Part shown: piece after piece, positions 12,056-23,100 of the stretch | Position numbering within the stretch: position 1 is the first letter of the stretch | Layout: every line of letters starts with the position of its first letter | NCBI RefSeq assembly: GCF_018977255.1 | Contig: NW_024704742.1 | Coordinates: forward strand, 21,392,001-21,456,000 | Direction of reading: 5' to 3' | Length of the DNA stretch: 64,000 bases | Origin: Callorhinchus milii | Lineage: Eukaryota | Translations under genes and position numbers: made by a program | Notes under the pieces: generated by a model | Told to the model about the DNA's origin: nothing | The model's input: only the letters and a program-made list of their open reading frames with translations | Databases searched by the model: none

Positions 12056-12540
12056 CCGACCCCCCCACACACCCCCCACACACCCCCCCCCCCCCCCCCC
12101 CCGGGCTCCGGCACTGAGCGCGGGGCTCCGGCACTGGTTCACCACCTGTTGCAGTTTGCAAACCCCCCATCTCTCCACGTCTCAGGTCGGGACAGAAAGG
12201 CTCAAAGCTCTGAGCAGCAGGTTTTGGAGCGGGGAAGGGGGGGGAGGGGGGTGGGGGGGGTGAGGGGGGGAGGGGGGGGGGGGAGGGGAGCAGGGGTGAG
12301 TGAGGGGGGGGGGGGGAGTGAGGGGGGGAGGGGGAGCAGGGGGGGGAGGGGGAGGGGGGGAGAGGGGGGGGCGAGGGGGAGCAGGGGGGGCGAGGGGGAG
12401 GGGGGTGAGGGCGAGGGGGTGAGGGGGAGGGGGGTTGAGGGGGACTGGGGGGTGTGGGGGGGTGTGGGGGAGGGGGGGTTGAGGGGGCTTGGGGGTGTGG
12501 GTGAGGGGGGGTGAGGGGGACGGGGGGGGTGTGGGGGGTC
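12056..12540. repeat. Poly-C run (about 12082-12102) and G-rich low-complexity tract (about 12228-12540)
   Basis: Direct reading of long C and G homopolymer runs interrupted by A/T. Confidence 0.92.
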
Positions 12541-12725
12541 GGTAGATGACACGAAACTGATGCGTTCGCTGAGGCTTCGCAATGCTCTCGAGCCACTGCG
12601 CCCGTCCGTCCGCTCGGGGTTCGGGTTGAAGACGCGGGGGTTCGGGGCGCTCTCAGACGCTTACGCGGAGGGCGCCGGAGAAGCGCGAGTGGCCGTGGCT
12701 GTGGTCGGGGAGAGGTTTTAACGAC

Positions 12726-13723
12726 AGGCCAGGGCTGGGCAGGGCAGGGCAGGGCTGGGCAGGGCAGGGCAGGGCAGGGCGGGCAGGGCAGGGCAGGGTA
12801 AGGCAGGGCAGGGCTGGCCTGGGCTGGCCAGGGCTGGGCAGGGCAGGGCTGGGCAGGACATGCCAGGGTAGGGCTGGGCTGGGCAGGACAGGGCAGGCCA
12901 GGGTAAGGCTGGTCAGGGCAGGGTAAGGCAGGGCAGGGTAAGTCAGGGCAGGCAGGCAGGGCAGGGCTGGGCTGGGCTGGGCAGGGCAGGGCTGGCCAGG
13001 GCAGTGCTGGCCAGGGCAGGGCTGGCCAGGGCAGGGCAGGGCTGGGCTGGCCAGGGCAGGGCAGGGCTGGGCAGGGCTGGGCTGGCCAGGGCTGGGCAGG
13101 GCAGGGCTGGGCTGGGCTGGCCAGGGCTGGGCAGGGCAGGGCTGGGCTGGGCTGGGCAGGGCAGGGCAGGGCTGGCCAGGGCAGGGCTGCAGGGCAGGGC
13201 TGGCCAGGGCCGGGCAGGGCAGGGCAGGGCTGGCCAGGGCAGGGCTGGCCAGGGCAGGGCAGGGCTGGCCAGGGCAGGGCTGGCCAGGGCTGGGCAGGGC
13301 TGGCCAGGGCAGGGCAGGGCTGGCCAGGGCTGGGCTGGCCAGGGCAGGGCAGGGCTGGGCAGGGCAGGGCTGGGCTGGGCTGGGCAGGGCAGGGCTGGGC
13401 AGGGCAGGGCTGGGCTGGCCAGGGCAGGGCAGGGCTGGCCAGGGCAGGGCTGGCCAGGGCTGGGCAGGGCTGGGCTGACCAGGGCAGGGCTGGGCTGGGC
13501 TGGCCAGGGCTGGGCTGGGCTGGCCAGGGCTGGGCTGGGCTGGGCAGGGCAGGGCTGGCCAGGGCAGGGCAGGGCTGGCCAGGGCAGGGCTGGCCAGGGC
13601 AGGGCAGGGCAGGGCTGGCCAGGGCAGGGCTGGCCAGGGCAGGGCAGGGCAGGGCAGGGCAGGGCTGGCCAGGGCAGGGCTGGGCAGGGCTGGGCTGGGC
13701 AGGGCAGGGCAGGGCAGGGCAGG
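12726..13723. repeat. About 1-kb pentamer array of GGGCA/GGGCT/GGCCA
   Basis: Continuous 5-nt periodicity, e.g. gggcagggctggccagggcagggcagggctgggct; generates the spurious PALPC/GQGRA ORFs. Confidence 0.97.
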
Positions 13724-13990
13724 ACACTCGGCAGAGGGACGGACGGGGACACGGGCTGTGACCCGCGATTATTTCGATGCAAACGCTTCGGACGAGTTGT
13801 GTCCTTGCGGTCGGTTCCCTTCGTGCGATTTCGCGCTGTTCGCTAATGTGCGGAGTCGGCGCTAACGCCTCCGGGGCTTATATGTATCGCTCAGTCCGCA
13901 AACACACTGCCGACTTCGCCTCCGACACGTTCGCTGTCGATTATTTGCGTTATGTTCTGCGTTGTGTTGAGTCATTGCTTTGCACTCCAC

Positions 13991-14036
13991 GAGATATAGA
14001 GATATAGATATATATATAGAGAGAGAGAGAGAGATA
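13991..14036. repeat. Compound (TA)n/(GA)n microsatellite
   Basis: gagatatagagatatagatatatatatagagagagagagagagat. Confidence 0.9.
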
Positions 14037-14259
14037 AAGAGAAGCAATGAATTTCAAGGCAGTGTTGTGGTTTTTTTTATTGGGGCCACATTCTCCCTTT
14101 TTCCATTTGGAGCTTCAGAGATTGCGGTCGAGTCGGTCACAGCTGCGGATCCCGCAAATCTGTCCCTGACCCCCACTCACTCCTGCACTGACTCCTCCAG
14201 GCTTCATGGGGAAATATATCGATAGCTCCCCATTTAACATGTAACAGACACACATCACG

Positions 14260-14623
14260 TTATGTATTATATAATATAATGCATAATAATACTGTAATAT
14301 CATACAATAATATTACAATATAACATATTATATAATAATGTTATATATATGCTATATATTACATGATATATATTATATAATATGTAATAATATAATATAT
14401 TAGATAATAATGCTATATGTTATATATTTAATATATAATATATCGTGTGTCATATATATTGTATAATGTGATATACAATAATATATTACATATCAGATAA
14501 TAATGTTATTTATCATGTGATAATGTCATGTACTATGTAATAATGTTATATATTATATATAGTGTTATATAATAATGCTATATATTATATATAATGTTAT
14601 ATATTATATATATTCAATATATA
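14260..14623. repeat. AT-rich low-complexity tract (TATAA/TATAT-like degenerate repeat)
   Basis: Almost pure A/T with recurring tatattatatataatgtta units. Confidence 0.9.
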
Positions 14624-17124
14624 ACAGACCCAGAGAGGTGCTGGACAGTTAACAACGATCAGAGAGAGAAAAGTCAAACAGACATAATGTGTAGCAATAG
14701 AATATTTGTACAGCTCAACAACAACAACAACATACAACAACAACAACTTGGGTGTATGTAGCGCCCTCCAGGCCGGGCGGCGTCTCAGAGGGCTTCACGG
14801 CTCAGGAGATATGGAGTGAGAGTGATGACGTAAGCAAAACCAGGGCGACAGCTGTAGAGACATGTGAGTGGAAACGAAACAATAAAAATAAAGGAAAGGG
14901 ACGAATTGTGCCAGATTCAAGGCAGAACTTACACAAAGAGAAGGCAAAGAGCGACAGGTGGAAATAGCCGCAAAATATGGAGAAGCAAGTCGGTAGCTCA
15001 CACTCACTGAGCGTTCCAACAAAACCACCCGGACTAAACTCACGATGAATTGGGGATGGAATCGAAAGACTTTTGCTGTCTTCGCATGAACGATTTTGTT
15101 GACAATGAAATGACAGTAAGGTTTTTGTGTATCCCCATCAAGTGAGAGTGAATCACGTTTACTTCAGTAAACAAAAACAGGAGGGGAGATGTCATGGCTA
15201 TTTCAAACTATTGAGGCAAACTACTGGAATATCCGTGAAATTTCTCCTCCTGGACTTGTCTACGCTCGGCAAGAATTCGTGTATTTTACCTTTCTCGTGA
15301 CTGCTCGATTGTAGCTCAGATTACTACTGGTCCAAGTTTTGTTATCAGTTGTTGGTCTCTTGGGTCTCTGGGTTCCTTTGATTGCAGAAACCCAGGACTC
15401 AGTAGTTGGGGACCGCAGTCCTGACAGTCTGACATGTCTCTGCATCACTCGGACTGTGTTGGTCTGTCATGGTTAACAACATTCACAGACATTGAAACAC
15501 CTCCAAACCGAAGTACAAATACAGCACAAATACTGGACAACCATCTCCCGATCTTTAACTGTAACACCTATACAAAATAGTACAATGAATAAATAACATA
15601 ATATTTAAATATTTAAATAAAAAACACATGTTATTGCTTCCCCCAGTTACATTTCTTTAACTAGTTTGTCTGGTTTTGTTTCCATGTACAGATGATCTCT
15701 TAAATCGCAATCTTTACTTCTGACTTTGTCCCATTGATCATCGGACAATCACATTTAAATTGATAATAATTATGATAATAGTAATTGATGTAATTGATAA
15801 TTAGTACACGAGGATACGTCTCAAAGCTCTTGATATGAATTATTATAAAGTTGAGCGACTGTGTAGTTGCAGGCAAGTGAGATTGACTTGAAGCTAAAGT
15901 GAAGAACAATCTCCTGCGGCAATAATTGAAAGTAATAACCAATTCTAATAGGATTTTCATCCATTGCACCCTAACCCAACTGTTAAATTACTTTCATCTT
16001 TAGAGGAATCGGTTTATTATTCTGTATAGTAGGTATGAAACCAAATGTATCAATGACAATACAAGCTTAAAGGATTCTCTTCCTTCCACTGATACCTTTT
16101 CAAATGATCTGCTCTGCTAATGCTGATTGATTGAAAGCATTATTTATAACCACAGGCTCTGGTATGGTGAATGTCAATGAATAGACAGTTCAAAGGGAAA
16201 TCTGTCTGATTAATTGGCTGATCTTAAATTGTGTAGTTATTGTTATACTCATAAATAAAATTCATGTTTTTGTTAAAGAAAATGGATTGTTTCTCCACAT
16301 TGCAGAGAAAAAAATCAAATGAAAATTGTTTATAAATTCAGCAGCTCAATATGTCAATTCATCTTGGCATTTCCTCAATGAAGCACTCTTGGTCTTAGGT
16401 GAAAAAAGTATCCCTCATGTAAAGCTTGAACTTATTCTTTAGCTTCACCTGTTCTTCACAATAAATTTCAGCTCTTAAATCCTTATATAGTTTGAAAATG
16501 TTGTTTTGCGTGCACATTGCTTTCTCTTGGTTTGTGGGTGGCAACTAGGTGAGTTGTATGGAGCCCCAGTTTAAGGGATGTTAAAATGGGTTTACCCATC
16601 AGAGGGTTTCAATCACAACATTGTAAACGCACGAAACAGAGAACTGCAGAAGCGCCTTTCACCCGCCTCTAACTTACTGCTGCGAACTGTCCCACTGCAC
16701 CCTGCACATCACCACCTGTTAATGATGGTTGCTGCTGTCCCAGATCAGGCAACTGCAGCATCTCACCTTCTCACATTACACACCAAGCAACAAACACTTA
16801 ACAGGTCGTACTTTTCACTGGTGAGCCCATCCTTCACTTGCCCCGTTGACATAGCTTCCTTCTTTCAGCCCAACGTTCTCTGTGAAACCATTAACATGTG
16901 GGAAATGGCTTGTGAGATTCGTATTCTCTCTCCGTAACCATATCGCCTTTTGCACTATTAGAACCAGAGGGCCTGACACAAACAAGGTCAAAGTCCATGA
17001 GCACAAGTGGTCTATTTTTGTTGTAATTTATGAAGAATATAAACATTTGGGGGTTTGGGAGGTGCATTGTTGGGAACACTTTTCTTTGCCTCACCTTTGT
17101 GACCTCTGCTTGGAACTGCCCATA

Positions 17125-17260
17125 ATCATAGAATCTTACCACACAGAAGGAGGCCATTCAGCCCATCGTGTCTGTGCCCACTCTTTGAAAGAGCTATCCA
17201 ACTACTCCAGATCTCTCGCTTTTTATTCCATGATCCTGCAAACTTTTCCTTTTTAAGTAC
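17125..17260 (-). mobile_element. CR1 LINE 3' end fragment
   Basis: atcatagaatcttaccacacagaaggaggccattcagcccatcgtgtctgtgcc, the reverse complement of the tail at 28560-28650. Confidence 0.8.
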
Positions 17261-17592
17261 TCTGAGACATCCTCTTGACGTGAAAGGCGGTATACAAATG
17301 TAACTTGTTTGTTTGTAACTATTCCAATTCCCCTTTGAAAGCTACTAAGGAATATACTTCCACCATCCTTTAAAGCAGTGCATTTCCAGACTAATCTGGC
17401 ACTAATTTCAATATTACACTTATGAAGCTTCATAAATGATTTCATCTGGCAGCACCATAAAAGGATCAAAAAGACATGGAACAGTTGAATGCAATTAATA
17501 ATCTGAAATCAGTGAACTACTGAGGTGACTCCTATCGTATTTACGCTTGAATGGAGTAAAGTGAATAATAAAATAAATTATCCTTATATTTC

Positions 17593-17969
17593 GCATATTG
17601 GTTAGAGCAATCGCCTTGGAAATGATAAGACCTGGGTTCAATTCCTGGCCAAGGTGAAACCTTAAGCATGTTTCCTTGCTCCACATGCTAAGCATGTTTA
17701 CTAAGCAGCAGGAACCCAGTTGTTAGTCGATTGGCGGATCACATTTCTGGGGGTAATAATCCCTTCAAAAAATAAAATTAAAAAATGATAATAATTTGGT
17801 CACTCAATCCACGACTGTTTGTGGAACACTGCTGTGCGCAATTGGCTGCCACATTTCATCCACAAAATATACAGTCAATTCACTTTACAGTGTATTCTGT
17901 AAAGCACTTTGAGGTGTCTTGAAGACATGATAAGGCACGATATCAAATGCAAGGATTATTATTATTATT
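17593..17969 (+). mobile_element. tRNA-Ala-like SINE, long subfamily
   Basis: A/B-box-like head (tggttagagc...gggttcaattcc), long-type middle (gtttactaagcagcaggaacccagttgttagtcgattggcggatc), Deu-like body, (TTA)n tail. Confidence 0.88.
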
Positions 17970-17984
17970 TGATGGAACCCTTAT

Positions 17985-18282
17985 CAATTCAGGAGGACAT
18001 CTGTACCACCAGGGGAGAAACTCCTTTTTCTTCTTGAATAGTGCCATTGGATCTTTCTCGTCCACTTCAACAACAACAACAAATTACACTTGTATAGTGT
18101 ACAGACAGACAAGACATCGTCTTAACGTTTTATCTGAAGGAGAGCACATCTGACACGGCAATGCATCCCCAGGTCTGCAATGGAATGTCAGCCTGCCCTA
18201 GACTATAGGAGTTCAAAGTCCCGACAAGGGACTTGAACTCACAACCTTCCGCTCAGAGATGTGAGTGCTATCAGGGTGACAC
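17985..18282 (-). mobile_element. Old Deu-type SINE, 5' part
   Basis: gaatagtgccattggatctttc...atctgaaggagagcacatctgac...gtcagcct...acttgaactcacaaccttccgctcagagatgtgagtgcta. Confidence 0.75.
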
Positions 18283-19219
18283 CTAAAATGCCAGTCAAAG
18301 TGCTTCACTTATCAAATGCACAGCCAACACTTGCTTACGATCAGATAACATGCAGTAAAATTAAGGTCTTTCCTGCTAGTGGCAGGCAATAAACGCTTCT
18401 TAAATCACAATGCAAGGAGTAGTATGGTAGCATATCTGTCAACATGTCCTCTCCTGTCCGTTTGGTTTCCATAAAGCTTTTATGGTGCAAGTAGGAATTT
18501 GTTTTGAAAGCTGTCACTTGTGGTGTTGTCTTGCTGGATCTTTATGAGGAATGCTTGAGGGCGACCAAATGCAGTCATTCGTGACCTAAATCCCAGACAT
18601 GAGAGATAAATGGTTTTGATTTTTTCGAAGAGCAACCTCCTCCATCAAAGTGTGACATATATAGACAAGATCAAAAACCTTAAAAACCTTCCCGTAGAAA
18701 TTATTGGAAATCCATTACAGCTTGCAGCGTACATCTTTACTGGAAGGAATTTAAGCTTGACAAAAAAGCAGTTTGCAGAAGGATTGAGTTCTTCACGATA
18801 TGTTGATAACCTGTGTGCTTAAAGATTGAGATATTCCGATGGATCTGTCACCAACTTCTTTACTGAGGATTTGTGTCAGCATAACAGTGTCACTGTTTAT
18901 GTATCTGTGTGTGTATCCAGGTTATACAATCACTGACACATGATTGAAAGAGGCCCTGGACTCTAACTAGCAAGCTTGTTTCATAACAAAATTTACAGGT
19001 AGGGATAACCATTTGCAAATGCTTGCTTATAGAGGAAGTTTCGTATGCCATTAATTATGTGATTTTTTGAATAACTAATCTTACAGACTCCAGATCGTTC
19101 TATAATTCTTTACATCAGTAGTTAATTATCCAAATAAGGATAACTATGCACATGTTTAACCCAATCCTCAAATCATGCACATGGGTTGTTAACCCAAAGC
19201 ATAAATTAGACTCATTATT

Positions 19220-19770
19220 AATAGTAATAATCCTTACATTTAATATAACGCCTTTCCATACCGAAGTGTCTCAAAGCCTTTCATAGAAGTTTCTGTGAAG
19301 ACTATGACAATTTCTGTATGTTTGTAGGTGAACATTGCATGTGAATACTGTTAACAATCCTACTAATCCTTATATTTGATAGAGTGTCTTAATCACATTC
19401 TTGAAATGTCTCAAGGTATTTCACAGAATTTACTGTAATGTGTAGTGACTGTGTACTGTTAGGTAAATGCAGCAGTCAATTTATGCACAGGAATGCCCTC
19501 ATACAGCCATGAAATAAATTAACATTTTTTTCCGGGAGATTGTTACGCAGGATACCGGGAGAAGCCTCCTCTTTTTGAGCTGTGCCACGAGATTTTTAAC
19601 ATCCATGAGATCTTTAACATCCATCTGAGTAGGCAGATGAGACGTTACTTCGTTATCTCATCCAAAGGACAGTGTCTCTAAAAATGCAGCACTCCCCCAG
19701 CATTGCATTGGATTGTCAGCCTAGGTAATTGAAGGTTGAACCCACACATCTGACTGAATGGAGAATCCTA
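19220..19770 (-). mobile_element. Old Deu-type SINE(s): short tail fragment plus near full-length copy
   Basis: Two tails (about 19225 and 19365), Deu body and head; includes a short tandem duplication gagat(t/c)tttaacatccat. Confidence 0.7.
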
Positions 19771-21289
19771 CCGTAAATGAAGTATTCTGACACAGTTATG
19801 AAAATATTCAAATGTGGAGTATTTACAGCACCGAAGGAGACCTTCTGCTATCATATCTGTGCTAGTGCCAGCTCCCATAGTGGAGCTATCTCCTCTAATC
19901 ACATTTCTCTGCTCTTTCCTCATAAGGTTGAATATTATTTTAGCTCAAGTATTTACTTAGTCTCCATTGTGGCACAATGACATCTTGACTTTTAAGTGGT
20001 TTCCTCTGATTACTTTGAGTGCCTATATAACTGGGAACATGAGCACAGACATGAAGGGCACAGGTTTAAGCTGAACAAGGTTCATTACTTCTTCAGCAGT
20101 GTTCCCCCAGGGCAATGTGACACACATTTGATTATTACTCGGAGTTGCTACTTATGACTTCTGTCACGTTGATACTTTAGATCTCATTCTTACTTTGATT
20201 TTTTAATTTTCAGAAAAAACAGACTCTTAAATCGGTTTCACTTCCAATGCCGTATCCCACTCTCTGAGTGACAGAGAGGGCAGGCAAGCTGCTCACAGAC
20301 CTTTGATGCCCTGAGGCTATTTGTTAGGAAGAATGTGAGAGTCGCTCAGAGCAATTCATTCTCTCTAGATGCTGGCTCCTTATGTTCAGGCCATCAAAGG
20401 GGAAAAAAACATAGCTTTGTCTATTTTTGAAGCTGAAAATCAAAATAATTATTATTGCCCCATTGAGAGCAGAGATAAGGTTGAAGAAATGTAGACACGT
20501 TTAAAAAGCAAACAAAAAACACATAACACATTTTATGAAAATTCTTTGTATCCAGAAATGAAATTTAGGAATATTTGAAACTTTACAACCAGCCTGCTTA
20601 CCCGGCCCAGGGTGATTGGTAGCTGTTTTATTACATTCAGTTAACAGAATTGCTGCAGAGATGTTTTATTGCATGTGAATCCTGATGGATAGCACATGTT
20701 CTCTGCAACACAATCTGTTTTCAAGGAAACTGGAAACTGTTAACTTATTTACACTTTATACCTCTGTTAATATATCAATACTGAACAAACAGCACATATC
20801 GGATCAATTAGCTTTCGAGAGGTGATGATTAATGCTTCAGTATTGCCAATTCTTATGGGAGCATAACAATCACAGGTCAATACTATACTAATGGTGAAGA
20901 TTTTTTGCAAAGTTTGCAATGTAACAAGAGTATAAAAGGAAAAAAAATCTATCTTGAGGAAAACTGGCGAAAAGAAAACAAGCAAATACAAGGAAAATGC
21001 CTGAATGGCAAAATGGAACCATACACAATCGGTTAAATGCAGATTACAGAACATTATACTCCTTATATCTGGTGTAGCAATAAATCATTGCTGGCCAATC
21101 TGTGCCTACCACCCCCCCCAACATTCACACAAGTCTAAGTAGTCCATGTTCAATCAGTTTTTTCTTGATTGAATATTTCTTGATTATGGCATAAAAATCA
21201 AATCAAAAAAAAATTGTTGGCCGACCATAAAAGTTGGCCAGGGCTGCATTCAACAATTGTGGTAACTTGTGGTATTTTATGAACTTCAG

Positions 21290-21720
21290 GTGATTCAAAA
21301 CTTCTGCACCAACCTCCACATGACTATCACTCTAGACCACTCCCATCAAATCGACCTCAAGGTCCTTACCCTCACCCTAAAATCCCTTCATACCCTAGCA
21401 TCTCCCTATCTCTGTGACCTTTTCCTATCCTGCTCATCCTCTCTGCTTGGTTAACTCCGACCTGCTGAGCATCACCTGCCCTCTCTGTGCCACCACTGGT
21501 GTCTGAGCCTTCAGCTACTATGCCTCTCATCTCTGCAATTCTCTCTCTGTGCTCTTCCATGTCACCCTTCTCTCTATCTGCCTTTGAATATCACCTAAAA
21601 ACCCACCTCTCCGATTGTACCTGTGGAAGCACTCTGAGACATTCACAGAATATACTGTAAAGTTAATCGACTGTATCTATTATGGGCGAAAAATATATAT
21701 GCAAGTTGTGGTTGTTGCTT
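21290..21720 (+). mobile_element. Degenerate L2 LINE 3' fragment
   Basis: ORF 21269 remnant LQVIQN...QIDLKVLTLTLKSLHTLASPYLCDL is typical of the L2 ORF2 C-terminus; gcaagttgtggttgttg tail. Confidence 0.8.
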
Positions 21721-21859
21721 GAAGGAGCAAAGACAAAAAGAAAGTCGAAGAGTGATAAGACTAGTTTACCATATAAAAAGTGAGGGTTTAGTTTTCAATA
21801 AAATAATTCTCCTCTGTTCTCCAGAAGTGTTGACTATCTCTAGACTATAGTTCCATATG

Positions 21860-22110
21860 CACCAACCCTTCTTCACACATGAGCGCAGACAGTGAATGTC
21901 AGCAAGGGTTAAACTGGATTCAAGCACAGTCCTGTCCTCACCTGATGCACATATACATAAACATATCAGCAGAAGACATTAAATAGCAATTCAGGGCAGG
22001 AAACACATTTGGTTTTACCTGCCCCCAGGACACTAGGGTCAATTGCCGTGTCCCAACTGAGATCAACTAACTCAGCACACACTGATCAAAGCTGGATCCT
22101 TCAGAGCATA
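21860..22110 (-). mobile_element. Ancient tRNA-SINE copy (AmnSINE2-like family)
   Basis: Reverse complement shares gtgtgctgagttagttgatctcagttggg...caattg and actgtctgcgctcatgtgtgaaga with copies at 22830, 26870 and 42130; family name from recall only. Confidence 0.6.
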
Positions 22111-22829
22111 TAGAGCTCTGTAATACACACACTACATGTCTTTGCCCTCAGAGGGATTAGGAAAGGAAAATTGCTTCACTGCCAGTTTAGATCTCTCTCC
22201 TGATTCATCAGAAGCAACCTGCTTGCTAAGTGGTAGGTCCATAGATTTGATCTCAGATAATAAATAACTTGCATTTCTATAGTGCCTTACTACATCAAAA
22301 CGTCTCAAGGTGTTTAAAAATAAATAAGCAGGTATTGTTCGTGTAATTTAATATTACAGGATTTAGAAGACAATTATTCGGATGTTATCTTGTCAAGAGA
22401 AATGAAAGCATTCTCTGTGGCATGTTTGGAAGAAATGGAGATAGTCATCTATATAATTGTTTACAGACCTCTTTATTTTGAAGAATTTGAAATTTTAGAC
22501 AAAAGTAGTTTTTCTCTTTACTAAGCAATAGGTTCTGTACGCAGAGATATCAGGAGCTTTTGTGAGAGTGACTGTCTGTATATTTGCGAATGCTGTTATG
22601 CCTTAAGCCCTGATTCCTTTATTACATATTCTGAAACATTAATTAAACAGGATGTATTGGATATAGGACATTTTTCATGACGGTCTTAGGTGATTCCAAT
22701 AAGAAACTTCAACTGAATTATAAATGAATCAAGTCAATAAAGGGCTTCTACTTTATACAAGTACAGCTGGTGGTCTGGCTATGCATGTACTTAGCACCAT
22801 CTAATCTGATACAGAATGAGGTTACACAG

Positions 22830-23100
22830 AATGGAAAGTTCCAGGTATGGAACCCAGTATGTATTGAAGTGACTGATCTCAGCCAGTGTTACAAATGGCC
22901 TTGATGCCCTTGGGTAAGGAAGGGAAAAATCTGCCACAGTCCCCATAATCATTATCCAGAAAGTGCTGCTGGAGGGTATTTGCTGTGGCCATCAGGTAAG
23001 TATAGTATAGGGCTAGGCTGTGAATTGTAGTCAAACAGTTTCTTACTGTCAAGGCTCATCCGTGAATAACGATCACTTGGTCAAAGTGCTGGAGGAGTAA
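22830..23100 (+). mobile_element. Ancient tRNA-SINE copy (AmnSINE2-like family)
   Basis: ggaaagttccagg...gactgatctcagcc...gggtaaggaagggaaaaatc...tatccag...gctgctgga...actgtcaaggctcatccgtgaataacgatcacttgg. Confidence 0.65.

Larger units (their letters stand above)
9900..14200. promoter_or_regulatory. CpG island / likely promoter and 5'UTR of the FREM gene
   Basis: Abundant CpG in the 5' part of exon 1 and in unique segments 11232-11335, 11480-11535, 11885-12225, 12540-12725 and 13725-13990, against CpG depletion elsewhere; lies directly upstream of the ATG. TSS not determinable from sequence. Confidence 0.8.

Noticed and set aside
12726..13723. CRISPR-like array or immunoglobulin switch region
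   Set aside because: No unique spacers or cas genes in this eukaryotic DNA; no Ig exons nearby and no AGCT-rich units.
11496..13846. Long Pro/Gly/Ala/Cys-rich ORFs (743, 329, 280, 279 aa)
   Set aside because: They are translations of stop-free pentamer and GC-box repeats, open in several frames on both strands, with no domain content.
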